From: Lama guanicoe
Taxonomy: Eukaryota
NCBI GenBank assembly: GCA_013239625.1
Contig: MU053994.1
Location: 1,677,775-1,741,774 of the forward strand
Length of the DNA stretch: 64,000 nucleotides
Direction: 5' to 3'
A program made the translations under genes and the position numbers. A model generated the notes under the pieces. The model was not told the origin of the DNA. It did not search any database and saw only the letters and a program-made list of their open reading frames with translations. Shown piece after piece: positions 36,214-49,169 of the stretch. How positions within the stretch are numbered: the first letter of the stretch is position 1; each line of letters opens with the position of its first letter.

Positions 36214-36632
36214 ACCTTAGTTTGGGTTCCCGCAGCAGATGCGGGGACAAGGACTCTGGTGTAAGACATTTATTAGGGAGGGGACCCCAGGAGACATCAG
36301 TAGGAGAGGGAAGAGCAAATCCTAGCTGTGCTCTGAGCACGTCACTGCTGTGGGCAACTGGGTTTATCCCACTGGAGACTTGGAGACTGTAGACACATGT
36401 CAGAGTGTCCCACCCAAGGGAAGGAAACTGGGGGTGGGGGGTGGGGGGGTGGCTCATCAACTCCCACCTGGTACAGGTTGAGCACTGTCCCCAAGGGCTA
36501 TTGGCTCCCTGACACTTCAAGACCGCCCAGCCAGGACCCAAGCACATTTCTCGGTGGAGAGAGCGCTTTCAGGCAGAAAGCTCTAGGCTTAGTGCTAAGC
36601 GGGTACGTGGAGAGACCAAGGACAGTGCCGCA
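36214..36632 (-). mobile_element. ERVL solo LTR (LTR16-like)
   Basis: ccttagtttgggttccc...gcaga...gacaaggact...tttattagggagg. Confidence 0.65.
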
Positions 36633-37392
36633 GCCCTCTTAACTGAATCCCCCTTAGAGATGCATCCGGACCAAGCCATCATCCTTTCCCAGGCAGGGTG
36701 CCTGCTGCCTGTGATTCACACATCAATGATGTGCACCCCACCTGGGCAGGGATGTTGACATGTGTCGGATCCCAGCCCACAGCGCCCAGATCACTGCTGG
36801 GGACAAGTACCACGATCACAGGGCTCTCCAAGTGGAGCGCTTACATCATTCTTTCTAAGCTCTTGGTTAGCGCCCTCCCCCTACCGCCCCATACATACAT
36901 CTTTACCTTTTTTTCTTTGGTCGGGGCTGGGGCTCCCAGCAAGAGAGCACTTCTCTCCAAAGAAATCTGCTCACAGAACACCCAATGTCCCCTCTCTTCC
37001 GCCTTTTATATCCTCCTCTGGGTTTGAAGCCCTTTAACTGGTTCTTTGATATTTCCTTTGAAAAAATCTGCATTTTGGTCTCATGTTGGAATTTCTTAGC
37101 TATTGTCTTTGGCGCCCCAGGCGAAATGTGCAGTTTAATGTCCTAACTTGGCAGCTCAGCTCCGGAGGCGGCTGGGCGATGCCTGCTCCCCATCTCCCAC
37201 CCCACCCTGGGCTCTGCAAAGGGAGAGGGGGGCGTGCCCTCCTCCTCACCCCAGACCCAACTCTGACCCTGCGCCAGGGCAGCCTGCTGGTGCCCCACTC
37301 GGCAGAATCAAACCTTTCAGGAGAATAGCTTCTCTCCCGACAACCTCTCCCATAAACCTCAGTTCAAGTTCAAGGGGGCCAACATCAAAGAC

Positions 37393-38013
37393 TATAGTGG
37401 ATTGAATGGTGCTCCCCACACACAAAAGCTATGTCCATTCAGAACCTGTGAATGCGATCTTATTTGGAAAAAAGGTCTTTACAGACCTAATCGAGTTAAG
37501 GATCGCCAGATGAGCTCATTCTGGATTAGATGGCCCCTAAATCCAATGGCAAGTGTTCTTAGAAGAGAAGAGAAAGGCACACGGATATATTGTACATCAC
37601 AGGGAATTACAGCCATAATCTTATAATAACTTTTAATGGAGTATAATCTGTAAAAATACTGAATCACTATGCTGTACACCTGAAACTAACATAATATCGT
37701 CAATCAACTATGCTTCAGTAAAAAGGAAGAGAAGGGGAGACAACACGAAGACAAGCGGGGGGCGTGAAGATGGAGGCAGAGGTTGGAGCGATGCATCCAC
37801 AAACCAAGGAAAACCCAGGACCGTCAACAGTCACCAGAAGCTTGAAGAGAGGCCTGGAACGGATTCTCCCTCAGAGTCTCCAGAAGGAGGCGACCCTGCC
37901 AACGCTTTGATTTCAGACTTCCAGCCTCCATTCCTGGGAGAGAATAAATTTCTGTTGTTTTCAACTACCCAGTTTGTGGCACTTTGCTATAGCAGCCCTG
38001 GCGATCTAATACA
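37393..38013 (+). mobile_element. MaLR solo LTR (MLT1C-like) with nested L1 fragment
   Basis: cagaacctgtgaatgcgatcttatttggaaa...gtgaagatggaggcagag...aataaatttctgttgtttt...ctaataca. Confidence 0.9.
37578..37725 (+). mobile_element. Short artiodactyl-type L1 3' end
   Basis: ggatatattgtacatcacagggaatta...actgaatcactatgctgtacacctgaaactaac; TSD-like gaagagaaagg 37567-37577 / gaagagaaggg 37726-37736. Confidence 0.85.
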
Positions 38014-38364
38014 GGCGCGAATGTTGGGTGTGACAGTTTGGCAGTAAGACCAAGGAGGCAGCTGGCCCCAGGTGAACACCAAAAAGCAAGGTAGTCAATG
38101 GTGGAAGACAAGAACCCCTGACATGGGATCCCCTGAAGGCTGGGAGTTTGTGGACCCTCGTGTCAGCTTTTCCACTAACAAAGGCCAGCTTTTGATTCAG
38201 GTTTCAGATCTGGACTGAGCCCATTCCCAGCTGTGGGACTTAGCCCAGATTCTGGGCATCGCTTCCTAACCTGGAAAGTAGGAACACATCCCACCTCCCA
38301 GGGTGGGTAGGATTGAATGTAACTAACACGGGGCCTGGTCCATAGGAGACCCTCTATCTGAGCT

Positions 38365-38673
38365 GCCTTAGACTGAATTCCTGACACAAGGATTCAAATG
38401 TAAGTGATTTATTTTGGAAGGGATCCCAGGAATCTTTGGTAGAAAAATACTAAAGTGATATAAGGGAAAGAAAGAAGACAATAAAGAGTGCATTGATAAG
38501 CCAGCTATTGCAGTAGCGACAAGAGCTTAATTCCATGGGTCAACTGAGAAGTGGTATAAAACAGGGGCTTCCAAGTAACCCTACCGGAAGTATGAGGGAG
38601 TCGGGGTATTCATCCTCCAACTTCCATCAGGCGTTGCTTAAGGGCTGTCCCTGGGGCTGTGTGAATTGACGAA
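38365..38673 (-). mobile_element. ERVL LTR (LTR16-like) interrupted by MLT1D, resuming at about 39147-39230
   Basis: cctgacacaaggattcaaatgtaagtgatttattttggaagggatcccagg. Confidence 0.7.
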
Positions 38674-39146
38674 TGTATTAATTTCCGACTGCTCCTGTAA
38701 CAAATTTTGCTTCTGTAACAAATTACCTTAAACTTCGTGGCTTAAAACAACACAAATGCCTTATCTACTGGAAGTCAGAAGTCCAAAATGGGTCAGCAGA
38801 TCTGTGTTTCTCCTGGAACTCTAGAAGAGACCCTGTTTCCTTGCCTTTTCCAGCTTCTAGAGGCTGGCTGGCCACATTCCTTGGCTCGTGACTCCTACAT
38901 TCCTCTGATCTATGCTACTGTTGTCACGTCTCCGCTGCTTCTGTCATCACATCACATTCTGTGCCTCTGACCCTCCTGCCTCCCTCTTATAAGGACCCAT
39001 CTGCACAATCCAGGATAGTCTTCCCTATCTCAAGATCCTTAACTTAATCACACCTGCAACGTCCCCTTTAGCATGAGGTACCGGAATCACAGGTTCCAGA
39101 GATTAGGTTGTGGACATCTTTGCTGACCATTATCCAGCCCACTACA
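38674..39146 (-). mobile_element. MaLR solo LTR (MLT1D-like)
   Basis: tgtatta...gtaacaaattacc...gtggcttaaaacaacacaaa...atctcaagatccttaacttaatcac...cccactaca. Confidence 0.9.
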
Positions 39147-39814
39147 TGGGGCCGGGGTGGGGTAGTGCAAATGCTCTCAGATACACACATGCAGACACAC
39201 TGAAAGGTTAGAGCAGGGCGCTGACACTGAGAAACTTAGCTGTTGTTAGCAATATCAGAAAAGCAAAGATGTGGAGGCAAAATCCCTAGGTGGGCAAAAG
39301 TCGAGAGCGGGGCCATGGTGGCCTCAGAACTCCTCAGCCTGAGGGTATTAAAGAGAAAACCAGTCACCAGAACAATCAAAACAGCCAAACTCACGCATAA
39401 ACACCTTGGATCCTCACATGAATTTTTCTGTGCTGGGGAGGGCACATATACAATCTTTCCCATTTTAGAGCTGAAGAAACTGAGGTCCAGTGACTCGCTC
39501 CAGGTCACACAGTGGGTCGAGTCTGCTGACTCATCATCCAGTGCTGCTCTCACCGCCCTACCTAGCCGCAGCATGGCTTCGAACAATCCGGAATGAGTCA
39601 GGCCAGAGGCCACACATAAGAAGATGCTAGCCCCTTAGTCACATTGTTTTCTACCTCAGCTTCTGAGGGTCTGGCTGAGCTGCTGGAGTCGAGAGAGACC
39701 CAGCAGGATTACTGATGAATGTGACTGCTTCACCAGAAGTTTTAAAATGTAGCTACTACGGTTGAGCAGTGTTTAGAATCTATCTCTTATCATTTGCCTC
39801 CCACGTGCGTACAT

Positions 39815-39995
39815 GCGGGATCAGTTGCCAAATCCTTTTGATGATACTTTCCCAATCTCTGTCTCCCCCATCTGTTGCCTCTTCCTCCTCCCCACTCTCC
39901 CAGCTCAGACCTCCATCACTTCCCACCTGGACCACAGCCAAAGCCTCCTTGTGTGTCCCTGTCTCCCGAGTCCCCTTGCCCCAGTCCATCTGCAC
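39815..39995 (+). mobile_element. L2 fragment
   Basis: ctccatcacttcccacctggaccacagccaaagcctcct...cagtccatctgcac. Confidence 0.6.
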
Positions 39996-40089
39996 CCCTG
40001 CTTTCTTTAGCTTCAGTGGAGGAGAGGCTGTCAGTGCCCCTTTGTATTCCTTCAGATTTCCAAATTGGTATGATTGCCAGTATCTCTAT

Positions 40090-40462
40090 CTGTGATCCTG
40101 AGGGTGTTTTCCAGAACCACAAATTAGGAGGGCCAAGAAATTAGTACTCCAGAAAAACAGCCCTCAAGCAATGATGGAAGAGGAGCAGGTGGATAAATGC
40201 CCCAGCTCCCCCTCCCTCAGCTGAGATAAGTCTGAGCTATGTGTCCCATACTGTCTCCCAGACGTCCCCATGGGATTAAGCACCAGGTATCCACAGTGGG
40301 TGGGCACCCACTGTGGGCTCAATAACACCCTTTATTTCAGCCTTCCCTTTCCAGTCTCACTTCTCTACTGCCCTGCTGGTGTTTCGTGCAACCACCTTCC
40401 AAATAATGACTTGTCCTCAAATCCTTCTTTCAGGGTCTTCTATGGGGAATCCAAGCTTGACA
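40090..40462 (+). mobile_element. ERVL solo LTR (LTR16-like)
   Basis: cagccctcaagcaatga...ggataaatgccccagctcc...cttccaaataatgacttgtcctcaaatcc...gggaatccaagcttgaca. Confidence 0.75.
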
Positions 40463-40704
40463 ATTGGGTTGCTCACCTACACAACAACTCTCCACGCCCT
40501 CCTCAGCCCTCTAGCCACAGCCCGTCTTTCCACTCAAACTCCATTTCTCCATCCCGCCCATGACACTCAAGTCAAAGAGCCCTGCACTCATATTTCTTGC
40601 TTTCAGATCCCTGTGCCTTTGGTAAGCTGTCTCTTTTACTTACTTAGAGTCTTGCCCTCCTTTTCTTACCATGTGTCCTCCAGCCTACAAAAATCAGTTC
40701 AGAA

Positions 40705-40840
40705 GTAGAGATGAAACAAGAAGGGAAGAATTTTGATAATTGTAGAAGCTGGGCATGGGGGCATGGGGGGAGGTTATGATATCATGCTAACATTGCAGAT
40801 GTCTGATCTTTTCATACTAAAAAGCTAAAAAAGAAAATCA
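40705..40840 (+). mobile_element. Old L1 (L1MC/ME-like) 3' end
   Basis: gatgaaacaaga...ttgataattgtagaagctggg...ttttcatactaaaaag. Confidence 0.6.
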
Positions 40841-40919
40841 ATTCGTATAAATGACTGTAATTGATCGTGTCCTGCCCGTGTATCCTCATATATGGCCATG
40901 GCTTCTTACAGCAGCTACG

Positions 40920-41292
40920 AGCCCCTTTAGGTTAGAGGGCATTCTCTAGTGTGAGAGGGTGCTCAGAAACTGTGCAGGGCAGTTTGGGGGTGCCAGGGAA
41001 TTAACACTCCCTGAAGAATCTCTTCACCGTGGATGCATGGAGTCAGTGGATATTCTGTCCTCCTTGCCCTCAGTGTGCTAACTCCAAGAGTGCGTGACAC
41101 CATCCTGCAGCAGTGCCCAGTGGGACTGAGTCTCAGTTGCTCATTAATACGCCATATATTGGATTCCTGCTCTTCCCTGGCTGACTTATCCGCTTCCCTA
41201 CTGGGGTTGCCTGAGATCTCCTTCCAGACAAATGGCTTACATACGAATCCTAGTCTCAGGATCTCTTCAAGGGAAAGCCAGTCTAAAACAAG
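40920..41292 (+). mobile_element. ERVL solo LTR (LTR16-like)
   Basis: gggaattaacactccc...cccagtgggactgagtctcagttgc...aatcctagtctcagg...tctaaaaca. Confidence 0.7.
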
Positions 41293-42149
41293 ATGTCACC
41301 AACACCATGAAAGCATCCTTCCTTCCCCAACTTAGAGATTATGTCTTTCTCCTCTGAGCCCCTGGAACATGGTGCCTGGCCTGGGAAGACTCGGGACAGA
41401 TTTCTTCTTTAAAAAGTTTGGAAGGATAGCAGGATGAAGCCTGATAAAGAAATTAACAGAGCAGAGCTTTAAGTCCTGGAGGCCAGACTTAGCTAAAAGT
41501 AAATACGATTAATTCTGGATGGACTCAGCCTCAGTGTCCCTCTGTGTACAGCATCCTCGCCGCTAAGAGAGAGGAAGTCACCACGGCATACGTTGCCTTA
41601 TTGGCAAAGGTGAGCACCTGCCCTGTGATGTTTCATTTTCAGCAGCCTGGATCATGACAGTCACTAGTGAAGAGCACGGAAGGTCTTGGTTAAAAAGAAG
41701 AGACTAGGCAGGGGTAAGGAATGGGAGGGGATCCCAAAACTGGCAAAACGGTGCTGGTGGTGGCAGGTGCCGTGGCCAATGCTGAGCCCCCTGGAGATGG
41801 CAGAGCATCTACTGGGGGTGCTACTTAGAGCCTGGAGCCTGGACCCTAAACTCCGTAGCCCTGGAAGCCTCAGTGAAAGTCTTGGGGCCCATGGTGGGCA
41901 CTGATAGAGTGGTCAGTATGGGCAGAAAGCTTTGTCAATGAGCAACTCAGTAGCCATCGCCATGGCCATCGCCATGTCCCTTCCCCTAATTTAGTCTGCA
42001 GAAGTCCTAGGCACTCATTAGACTCTACAGAATAAAAGGAGTCTCTAAGAAATGACTGACCCTGGCAAGTAGAGCCTCAGAGCCAGCGCAATAAGATGAA
42101 ATCGCCTTCAAGAGTTGTGGAGTAGACACTTCCATGAATGTATCCCTTG

Positions 42150-42565
42150 GTGTCACTGGTGGACTGTCTTCCAAGGATGGGTTGGAAAAGGCCATGCAAC
42201 TTTTGCTGTTTTCTCTTAGGACATGTGCCTTGGGAACCCGATTCCCCTGCAAAGCTTCCATGCTAGAGGGACCACATGAGAAGACCACATAGAAACAGAG
42301 AGATGCCCAAGGGGCCTCAGTTGTTCCAACTTCAACTGTCTAAGCTGACAGGAAGCATCAACCACCGGAAATGTGAGTTAGCAGGCCTTCAGATAATCCT
42401 ACCCCCTACCTTTGAAGCCAACCCAGCTGACACTGGGCAGAGCAGAGAAGAGCTGCCCCACTGAATCCTGCCAAAATTGCAGGCTGATGAGCTAAATAAA
42501 CACCGTTGCTTGAAGCCACTAGGTTTTGGGGTATACAATAGCATAGCAATAAGTAACAAGATCAC
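42150..42565 (+). mobile_element. MaLR LTR (MLT1G/H-like)
   Basis: ccatgctagagggaccacatg...cagagcagagaagagctgcccc...gaagccactaggttttgggg. Confidence 0.8.
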
Positions 42566-42629
42566 CACTCCCATCCCTGAAAACTGTGTGGTTTTGAATT
42601 CTCAGAGCCCTTTCCATCTGTGGAGGAGA

Positions 42630-43000
42630 CAATGCTATGGGCTCACTAAATTCTATTTCTTTACCAGTTGGGTAGCCAGGAAGACCACACTTCCCAGAAG
42701 CCTTGGCGGTTAGATGGGACCAATACTGGGTTCTGGTCAGTAAGATGTGGACAGACTGAGACCTGGTTCCTAAAACTTTCCACACAGTCTTATATGTTCT
42801 CTCCCATCCCTCCTCTGCCCACTGGATGGAAAGGATCCAATGGAGGATTCCGAGGTTCTAAAAGATGGAAGAACCAAAAGATGGAAGGAGCCTGGATTCC
42901 TGAATCACCTTGTGGAAAACTGCCTGGCAAACACCTGCAGGTGTTTACTGATATTTGAGGGTTATTTGTTACAGCAGCTAAACTTCCCCAGGGCAACACA
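42630..43000 (+). mobile_element. MaLR LTR (MLT1I/J-like)
   Basis: accacacttcccag...aagatggaaggagcctggattcctgaatcac...gttatttgttacagcagc. Confidence 0.75.
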
Positions 43001-43257
43001 CACTTACATTATCTTATTTCCACCTCAAAAGAACGATTTGAGGGAGGGAGCGTGAAGACTGTTGACCTTTCACTTTATACTTTATGCCTATATTCATAAT
43101 TAATCATGTTCCTGTCTTGGCTTCTTCACTAGCCTATAAAGTCCCCAGGGAGAATGACGTGCCTGAATAACTGTCATATTCTGCACAAACTTAACCCAGT
43201 TCCCTGCCCATCGTACCTGCCCCATCATCCTCTGTTGGGTGAACATAATAATACTCA

Positions 43258-43445
43258 CTGATATTTACTGAGCAAATACTATGAATTCTATATGTTCTAA
43301 AGCATTGAATCCACACAATAACACCAAGAAGGAGTTATTATTATCATTATCACAACTTAAGAAATTGAGGATCAGAAAGGTTAAGTGATAATCCCAAGGC
43401 CACACAGCCAGACGGTGGCGGATCAGGGAGAGAAACCACAGGTGG
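43258..43445 (-). mobile_element. MIR
   Basis: atttactgagc...aagaaattgagg...aggttaagtgataatcccaaggccacacagc. Confidence 0.8.
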
Positions 43446-45599
43446 CTGGCTGGTTCTTCAGCCCGACTGCCTCTTTCCGAGCACATCGCAGGTGGAAACC
43501 CCCTTTCTGGTTCTCTGGATCCGCGAGACTACAAGTCATCCCCAACCCAAGTCCTTACCACCCACTTCCCCTGAAGAGGGCTCTGTGCTCACCCGAGCAG
43601 CAGAATGCCAGGCCTGATGGCTTTCTCTTCGTTGTCACTGGGCTTGGCACACAGGCCTCCCCAGCCCCAGTGCCCCCGACCGCGCAGCAGCTGCAATGAG
43701 CAGCCTTCCTGGCGTCCCTCATCTGGCCAGGCGGCCCCAGCTGCCTCCTGCACCCTCTGACCAGCCACCCCAGGCTGCTGAGGGGGCCCACCAAAGCGCA
43801 CAAGTGTGGTCCCTCTGCTGGGTGCTTGTTCAACACCGCCCACACCCTTCCCAAGGCAGCTTTGCATTCTGCGGCAGTAATAACATAAACCCATCAAGAG
43901 AAAAAGAGAGCATGAGACTGCGTGTGTGTGCGCACATGGAGATTTGCTTGGAAACGCCAGCCCCTCACCAAAGATGTTCCCAGCCCTCATTTGTACACAC
44001 AGTCTTCAAACATCAAAGTGTTTGTTAAGTGTAAATATTTTTATTCGCTCCCCTCCTTCTCCTCCCTCTCCTCTTCCATCCCGGCTCCAAGCTCAGTGGA
44101 TGCCAGGCGACCCCTCTGACTCAGAGCCAGCAGGGATGGTTTTGGGAAAGGGCACTTCCAGGTCCCAGCGGGCAGCCGGCAGCTGCGCCTGACAGCCACC
44201 CGGGACTCGGCTCCCAGCAGCAGGCTCCTCTCTTGGCGCCTGTTTCCATAGGAACGGGCTGGCCTGGGATTGGCGGCCGTGGGAGCGTTACCCACGCTGG
44301 CTGCTTTTCAAGTGGTCCCTCCGTGTACCTCCCCTTGTCTTCCCTCCCTGCGCCCAGGCCTGCCCTCGAAAGGACCACAGGCCTGGAAAAGTGCCCAAGT
44401 ATAGGGGAGCTGCAGGGTTCCACCAATCCCCTGAATTCTGGGACACCAAGAGTCAGAGACAACACCTTACTTGGAGCCTTTGTCACCCCCGAGTCACCTG
44501 CCTTCTTCCATTGGGTACTCAGACAGCATGCCCAGGGTGGCTTTCCCATCCTGGCAAAGGACAGAGAGCCGATCCGGAGAGCCCATTGGGGCCACGCTCG
44601 GAGGAGGCGGCCACTCATTCCCAACCAGGAAAACCCTCTTATTAAGCACCTCTCTGCTCCACGGCTTCCTGCACCCTACAGGTCAGACTGTGCTCTGCCT
44701 CTTCATTTCCCCTCCAACCCAGTGCTGTGCATCTCTCATTATCAAACAGAAGCCGGCAAACAGAGAGCCTCTCTGGGTCTCCAACGCCAGCACGATGATG
44801 GCTCTATCAGAGATAATTGAGAATGAGCACATGGATTACTGCCTTGCTCCCAAGGTCAAGTCCCCGCTGCCAGCGCATCTCCTGCGCCCCTCCTTCGAGG
44901 ATCCCCCACTGGGGGAACCTTCTTTGATGCCGGTCCAGGTTCTGGCTGTCACCACGCTTTGAACCCTAGTCCCCTGTCGTGATGGGTCTTCTCGCCATTA
45001 TCAGGCTGGCCCGCAGCCTCCTTAGGGCTCCCTGCAGATGGGACCTCCTGAGGTGGGGGCAGATCTGCGCGCTGCGAAGTTCAAAGGGCACTCCGGGAGA
45101 AGCCGGGGTTTTGCTGATGGGCTTGGAGAGTCTGAAAACTCCTTCGCAGAGCTAGAGGCGGAAATGCCAGCCCATCAGCAAGAACCAAACAGCCCTTAAA
45201 GCAGGAGGACACTCAGAACTATTGATCAAGGACGCACGGACTCCATCTACAATTAGACCCAGAAAGCTGCTTGCACATCAGAAAGAGAGCAAGGAAGACA
45301 TGACCGTGGCTTCGCCAAAGCCAGATCTGCAACAGGACTGCACAAAACAAACAAAACCCCCACAGCTGAAAATGCCCTGTGCTGGTAATTCCTCTCTCTA
45401 AAAGGTTCGCTGTGAGTCACACACTTCAGTCCCATAAAAGCAGCCAGATGTTATCAAGACCCTGTTCACAAGGCAGCAACAGCTGACTCTGGGGTTGATC
45501 GCAGCCAGCTCTCCCAGCTCTCCCAGCTCCCCGGTGGCCGTGACCTCCCAGACCAGGGCAGCCCAGCAGCTGGTGCCCCGGAAAGCCCGGAAGCAAAGT

Positions 45600-47050
45600 T
45601 ACTGTTGAGAAGTTTCGGTTTTTTGGGTTTCTTTTTTTTTTTTTTTTTTGCATTATTTAAAGTGGCAGAAAAAGGCTTGGTTTCTGGGCATTTTGTGGCC
45701 TTCCTTTGCTCTTGTATAATGAATCCGATCTGGGAACTGCAGCTAAAATTTGGAGGGGGAGAGTCCATTAGAAAGGAAAACTATTTGTTGGGGCCAGGGA
45801 ATGCTTGTGGCAAATTGCCCTTCCTAAGTGCTGTTTTTTGAAAACTCATTCCTGCGGTAGGAAAATAAAGCAGATTTCCAACACTTAAGAGATCATTTTC
45901 GGAATGGTCTAGATGCGCGCCGCTATGCTGGTACATTTGCTTCTCATTGTTTTTTAATCACTATTTTGTCAAGTTTAATTGCTGCCATGCTAACAACCCA
46001 AACGGGAGCAAAACAAAATAGGGGATATCTATCATTGGTGAGAGCATTTTGATGGAATCTATATCTATTTGCATCTTCTTCACCAAATTAGGAAAAAGGA
46101 AAAGAGAAAAGGTTGTCTTTATTGCCGGTGGAAGGATGCTTCTCATTGGTCCAGGCTGGGGAAATCCCAGCTGATTCCTGCACATCAGCTCAGCCTCTTC
46201 TAAGCTCCATCTGGGGTTTTCTCGCCCAGATTTTTCTTCTCAGGATGTTATGAATTCTTACCAGTTCTGCAGGGTAGTGAGAGCCTTGAAGGTAAAGAGA
46301 GACTTTGCCTTAATTATGCATACGTTTCCCGGGCCTCCTCCTAATTCTCCTTTTGGGTCTTGTGATGCACACGGAGCCATCGCTCAGAGCGCCTTCAGGA
46401 AAGGACTCTGCCCGGCTGCCCATCTGGGGTGGGCTGGCAGCCTCCAGCTGTTAGCTTCGGTAGGGTCGGCCTCAGCTTACGAGCTGAAGTCCTGCTCTTT
46501 TCAGGGTGACTCCAAGCTGGCCATTTCCGCCTCAACTGGGGCTGCTCTCATGGGCACCCTTTGCTGGGAGCCCCCGCTGGGTGGGCAGAGACCGCACATC
46601 TGCATCGCCACCTGCCAGCTCCCCTGCCCAGTCCTGCTCCCGCCCTTTGCCTTTCAGGGGTGCTTCGCCTGTGTTATTATTTGTGCCCAATTACATATAG
46701 TCCTTCCTGGAAGTCACGGAAGGATTAAATCAGCTCTCACAATCACTAACTTCATCTCAGCGGCTGCTTCCCTGAGAACCCAACCTGATGGCTTTCTAGA
46801 GCTCGGCCGGCAACTCTGGGATTGCCTTTCCTCCACTGCGCTAAAAAGGACCAAAACAATTTTCTGAATAAACCCTTGACTTTGCCTGGGGCACTGTCTT
46901 AGAACCCCTCCCCTGCACCCTCCACCTCCCTCCCCACGGCAGAACGAGTTCATGCAAATCTATTAGGTGTTCTGCTGAGTATGGGCAAGGCTAGCGGATT
47001 TTAGCCACCAAGGGACAGTGCCAGGCCAGCTGTTCAAAATGATTAGGGGG
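45600..47050. promoter_or_regulatory. Candidate enhancer block within a repeat-poor stretch (about 43450-47350)
   Basis: CATTGTT 45945, ATTTGCAT 46067, TAATTATGCAT about 46310, ATGCAAAT 46952; no recognisable repeats. Confidence 0.4.
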
Positions 47051-47794
47051 TGAAACCAGTGTGAAGTTGGGCAGGTCATTAAGGAATTTCCAGAACGGCC
47101 AGTGCAGGGCTTGCATAGGGTGACCTGATTAAAAATAGCAAAGACCCCTCAGTCCCCAGGGTCGGCTCTGGGAAGGAGATCTCAGAATCAGGGCTTGTGT
47201 CCCAATAGGTAGATCTCTCATTAGCAACTTGAAGGCCAAGACACCGCCCTTTATCTGCAGGGTCTAGAGCTGCACATGGCATAAGGTTGCCACTCAGTGA
47301 ATACTTGGGGATTCAATGAGTGAATGGTTGAACCTCGTATGTATCATTTCATTACTCTCACCCCGATGCTCCCCCATTGCCTTGAGGATAAAGTCCAAAC
47401 ATTTTCGAGAGGTAAACAAGAACGTTCTTGATCTGGCCTTCACCCTCCCTCCCTCCAGCCTTAACGCATAGAATTTGCAAACCCCGTGGCCCCTCACTCA
47501 GCCTCATTTACCAGCGGCTGGCTCCCCTACAACTTTTGGGCAGGCTAATGCCTAGTCAGGCAGAGAAGATTTCCCCACACTTTCTTCTCTGTCCTCCGCC
47601 CCTGCCCTCCGCCCCTTGGACTTTGGGACCACCAAGGGCAGTGCCGGTGCGGGACATCGAAATCCCAGGGACCCAGGCAAGAAATAGTAAACTGAATTCT
47701 TTCCCAGGCCACCTCCCAGGAAGGTCTGGGCCGAGAACCCTCATTGACACCCTCTCTAGAGTGTCAATAAAGTCTCTCACTTTTAACATGGAAT

Positions 47795-48010
47795 TTACTC
47801 CATCCCGGGCACTGTTCTAAACACTTTATATATGTTAACTGATTGAGGCCCTCCACTGCTTCCATGAGGTAAGCATTCTTCTTACCTTCACCTGACAGGT
47901 GAGGAAGCTGAGGCGCAGAGGGGTTAAGTAACTTGCTGACAGCACACAGCCACTCGACAGCAGAGCTGGGATCTGTGTCTGGACAGTCTGACTCCGAAGT
48001 TTATGCTATG
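47795..48010 (-). mobile_element. MIR
   Basis: ggcactgttctaaacacttta...acaggtgaggaagctgaggcgcagagggg...cagagctgggat. Confidence 0.85.
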
Positions 48011-49169
48011 AACAGGTATACGGTCTCCCTGCCTGGGTGGCTGGTGGCTGCGCTGAGGCCTGGTTAGTGGAAGGGACTCTGCCCAAGCAGGGACAGCGGG
48101 ACGCACCCAGTGCTTTCCATGCTGCCCTCTGACAGGCCAGACCTCAAGCACCTTTGCCCTGCTGGGCCTCATACTGGTCGCACACAGCTGGCGCCTTATC
48201 TCCCATGAAAGCAGACGCCGAAGATGAAAGACATGGGCAGAGTGGGAGGACTGTGGTCGAGGACAAGGACTTCTGCACTCCTAGTCTGGTGGCCTCTTGC
48301 CTTCTCTTCTACCAAGGGGCACCGGCCTGGGTGCGAACTTTGGAGAATGCCTACTAGGTATCGGGCACAGGGCCAAGCAATTTTGGCCCTCACAACGCCC
48401 CATGAGGTAGATGTTCTTAGCATCTTCCACATCTCACGGGTTGGGGCTTAGGGTGCGGCAGGCTCAGGCAGGTATGACTCTGGGGCGCAAGTGTTAGTCA
48501 TTGTGCTCTGCCAACAGGAGCGACTGATGGTCTCCCCACTTCCCTGGGTCGCTCAGGCCAAGGCTTCCCCTCCTCCGCTCCTCCCCTCTCCCTTCACTCC
48601 TTCCCCATCTTTGTTTCCCTCTGGTCAGTCTCTCTTGTCCTTCTCCCTGCCACCGACAACCCCTATCCCGCTGCCTCCGGGTGTCCTCTGCTGACATCGG
48701 AGTCCCAGCTGGAGGCTGTGCCGGGCAGCCCCTGATCCAAGACGCTGCCCAGCCTCTCCCCTAAGTGACAGCTGGCTGGCCCTGCTGTCCTGATGCCCAG
48801 CGCTGCTGTGACCGCCTGGCAGGCAGACACACGCTGGCCCATGCCTGGGGAAACTTTTGCCTCTGCTCCCAGATGAAAAAGAAAATCACGTCTCTCGGCT
48901 CGTCTGCATTTGGGGAGGCATGTGCCTCCCAAAGCTTTGTCACGATCTTTTTCGTAGATTTTGCAGATTTCATTCATTCTTTTCCAAGCAGATGACGAGG
49001 CCCCACTGGGTGTGTGCTAGGTATCCTGGGAGTTCACAGAGAGTTGCCAAGTCTTACTCAGATGTGCTGGTAAAAACCAGAATCAGGCTGGTGGAGACCA
49101 ACACTTATAAAATCACAAGAAGGCAACATAAAGATGTGTAAGGCACTGCTTTGAGAAGGGAGAAACCCC

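Noticed and set aside
46250..46867. Longest ORF (205 aa), and similar ones at 44233-44820, 33840-34382, 36044-36547 and 20074-20580
   Set aside because: No recognisable domain, composition typical of GC-rich non-coding frames, overlapping ORFs on both strands, and some lie in LTRs.
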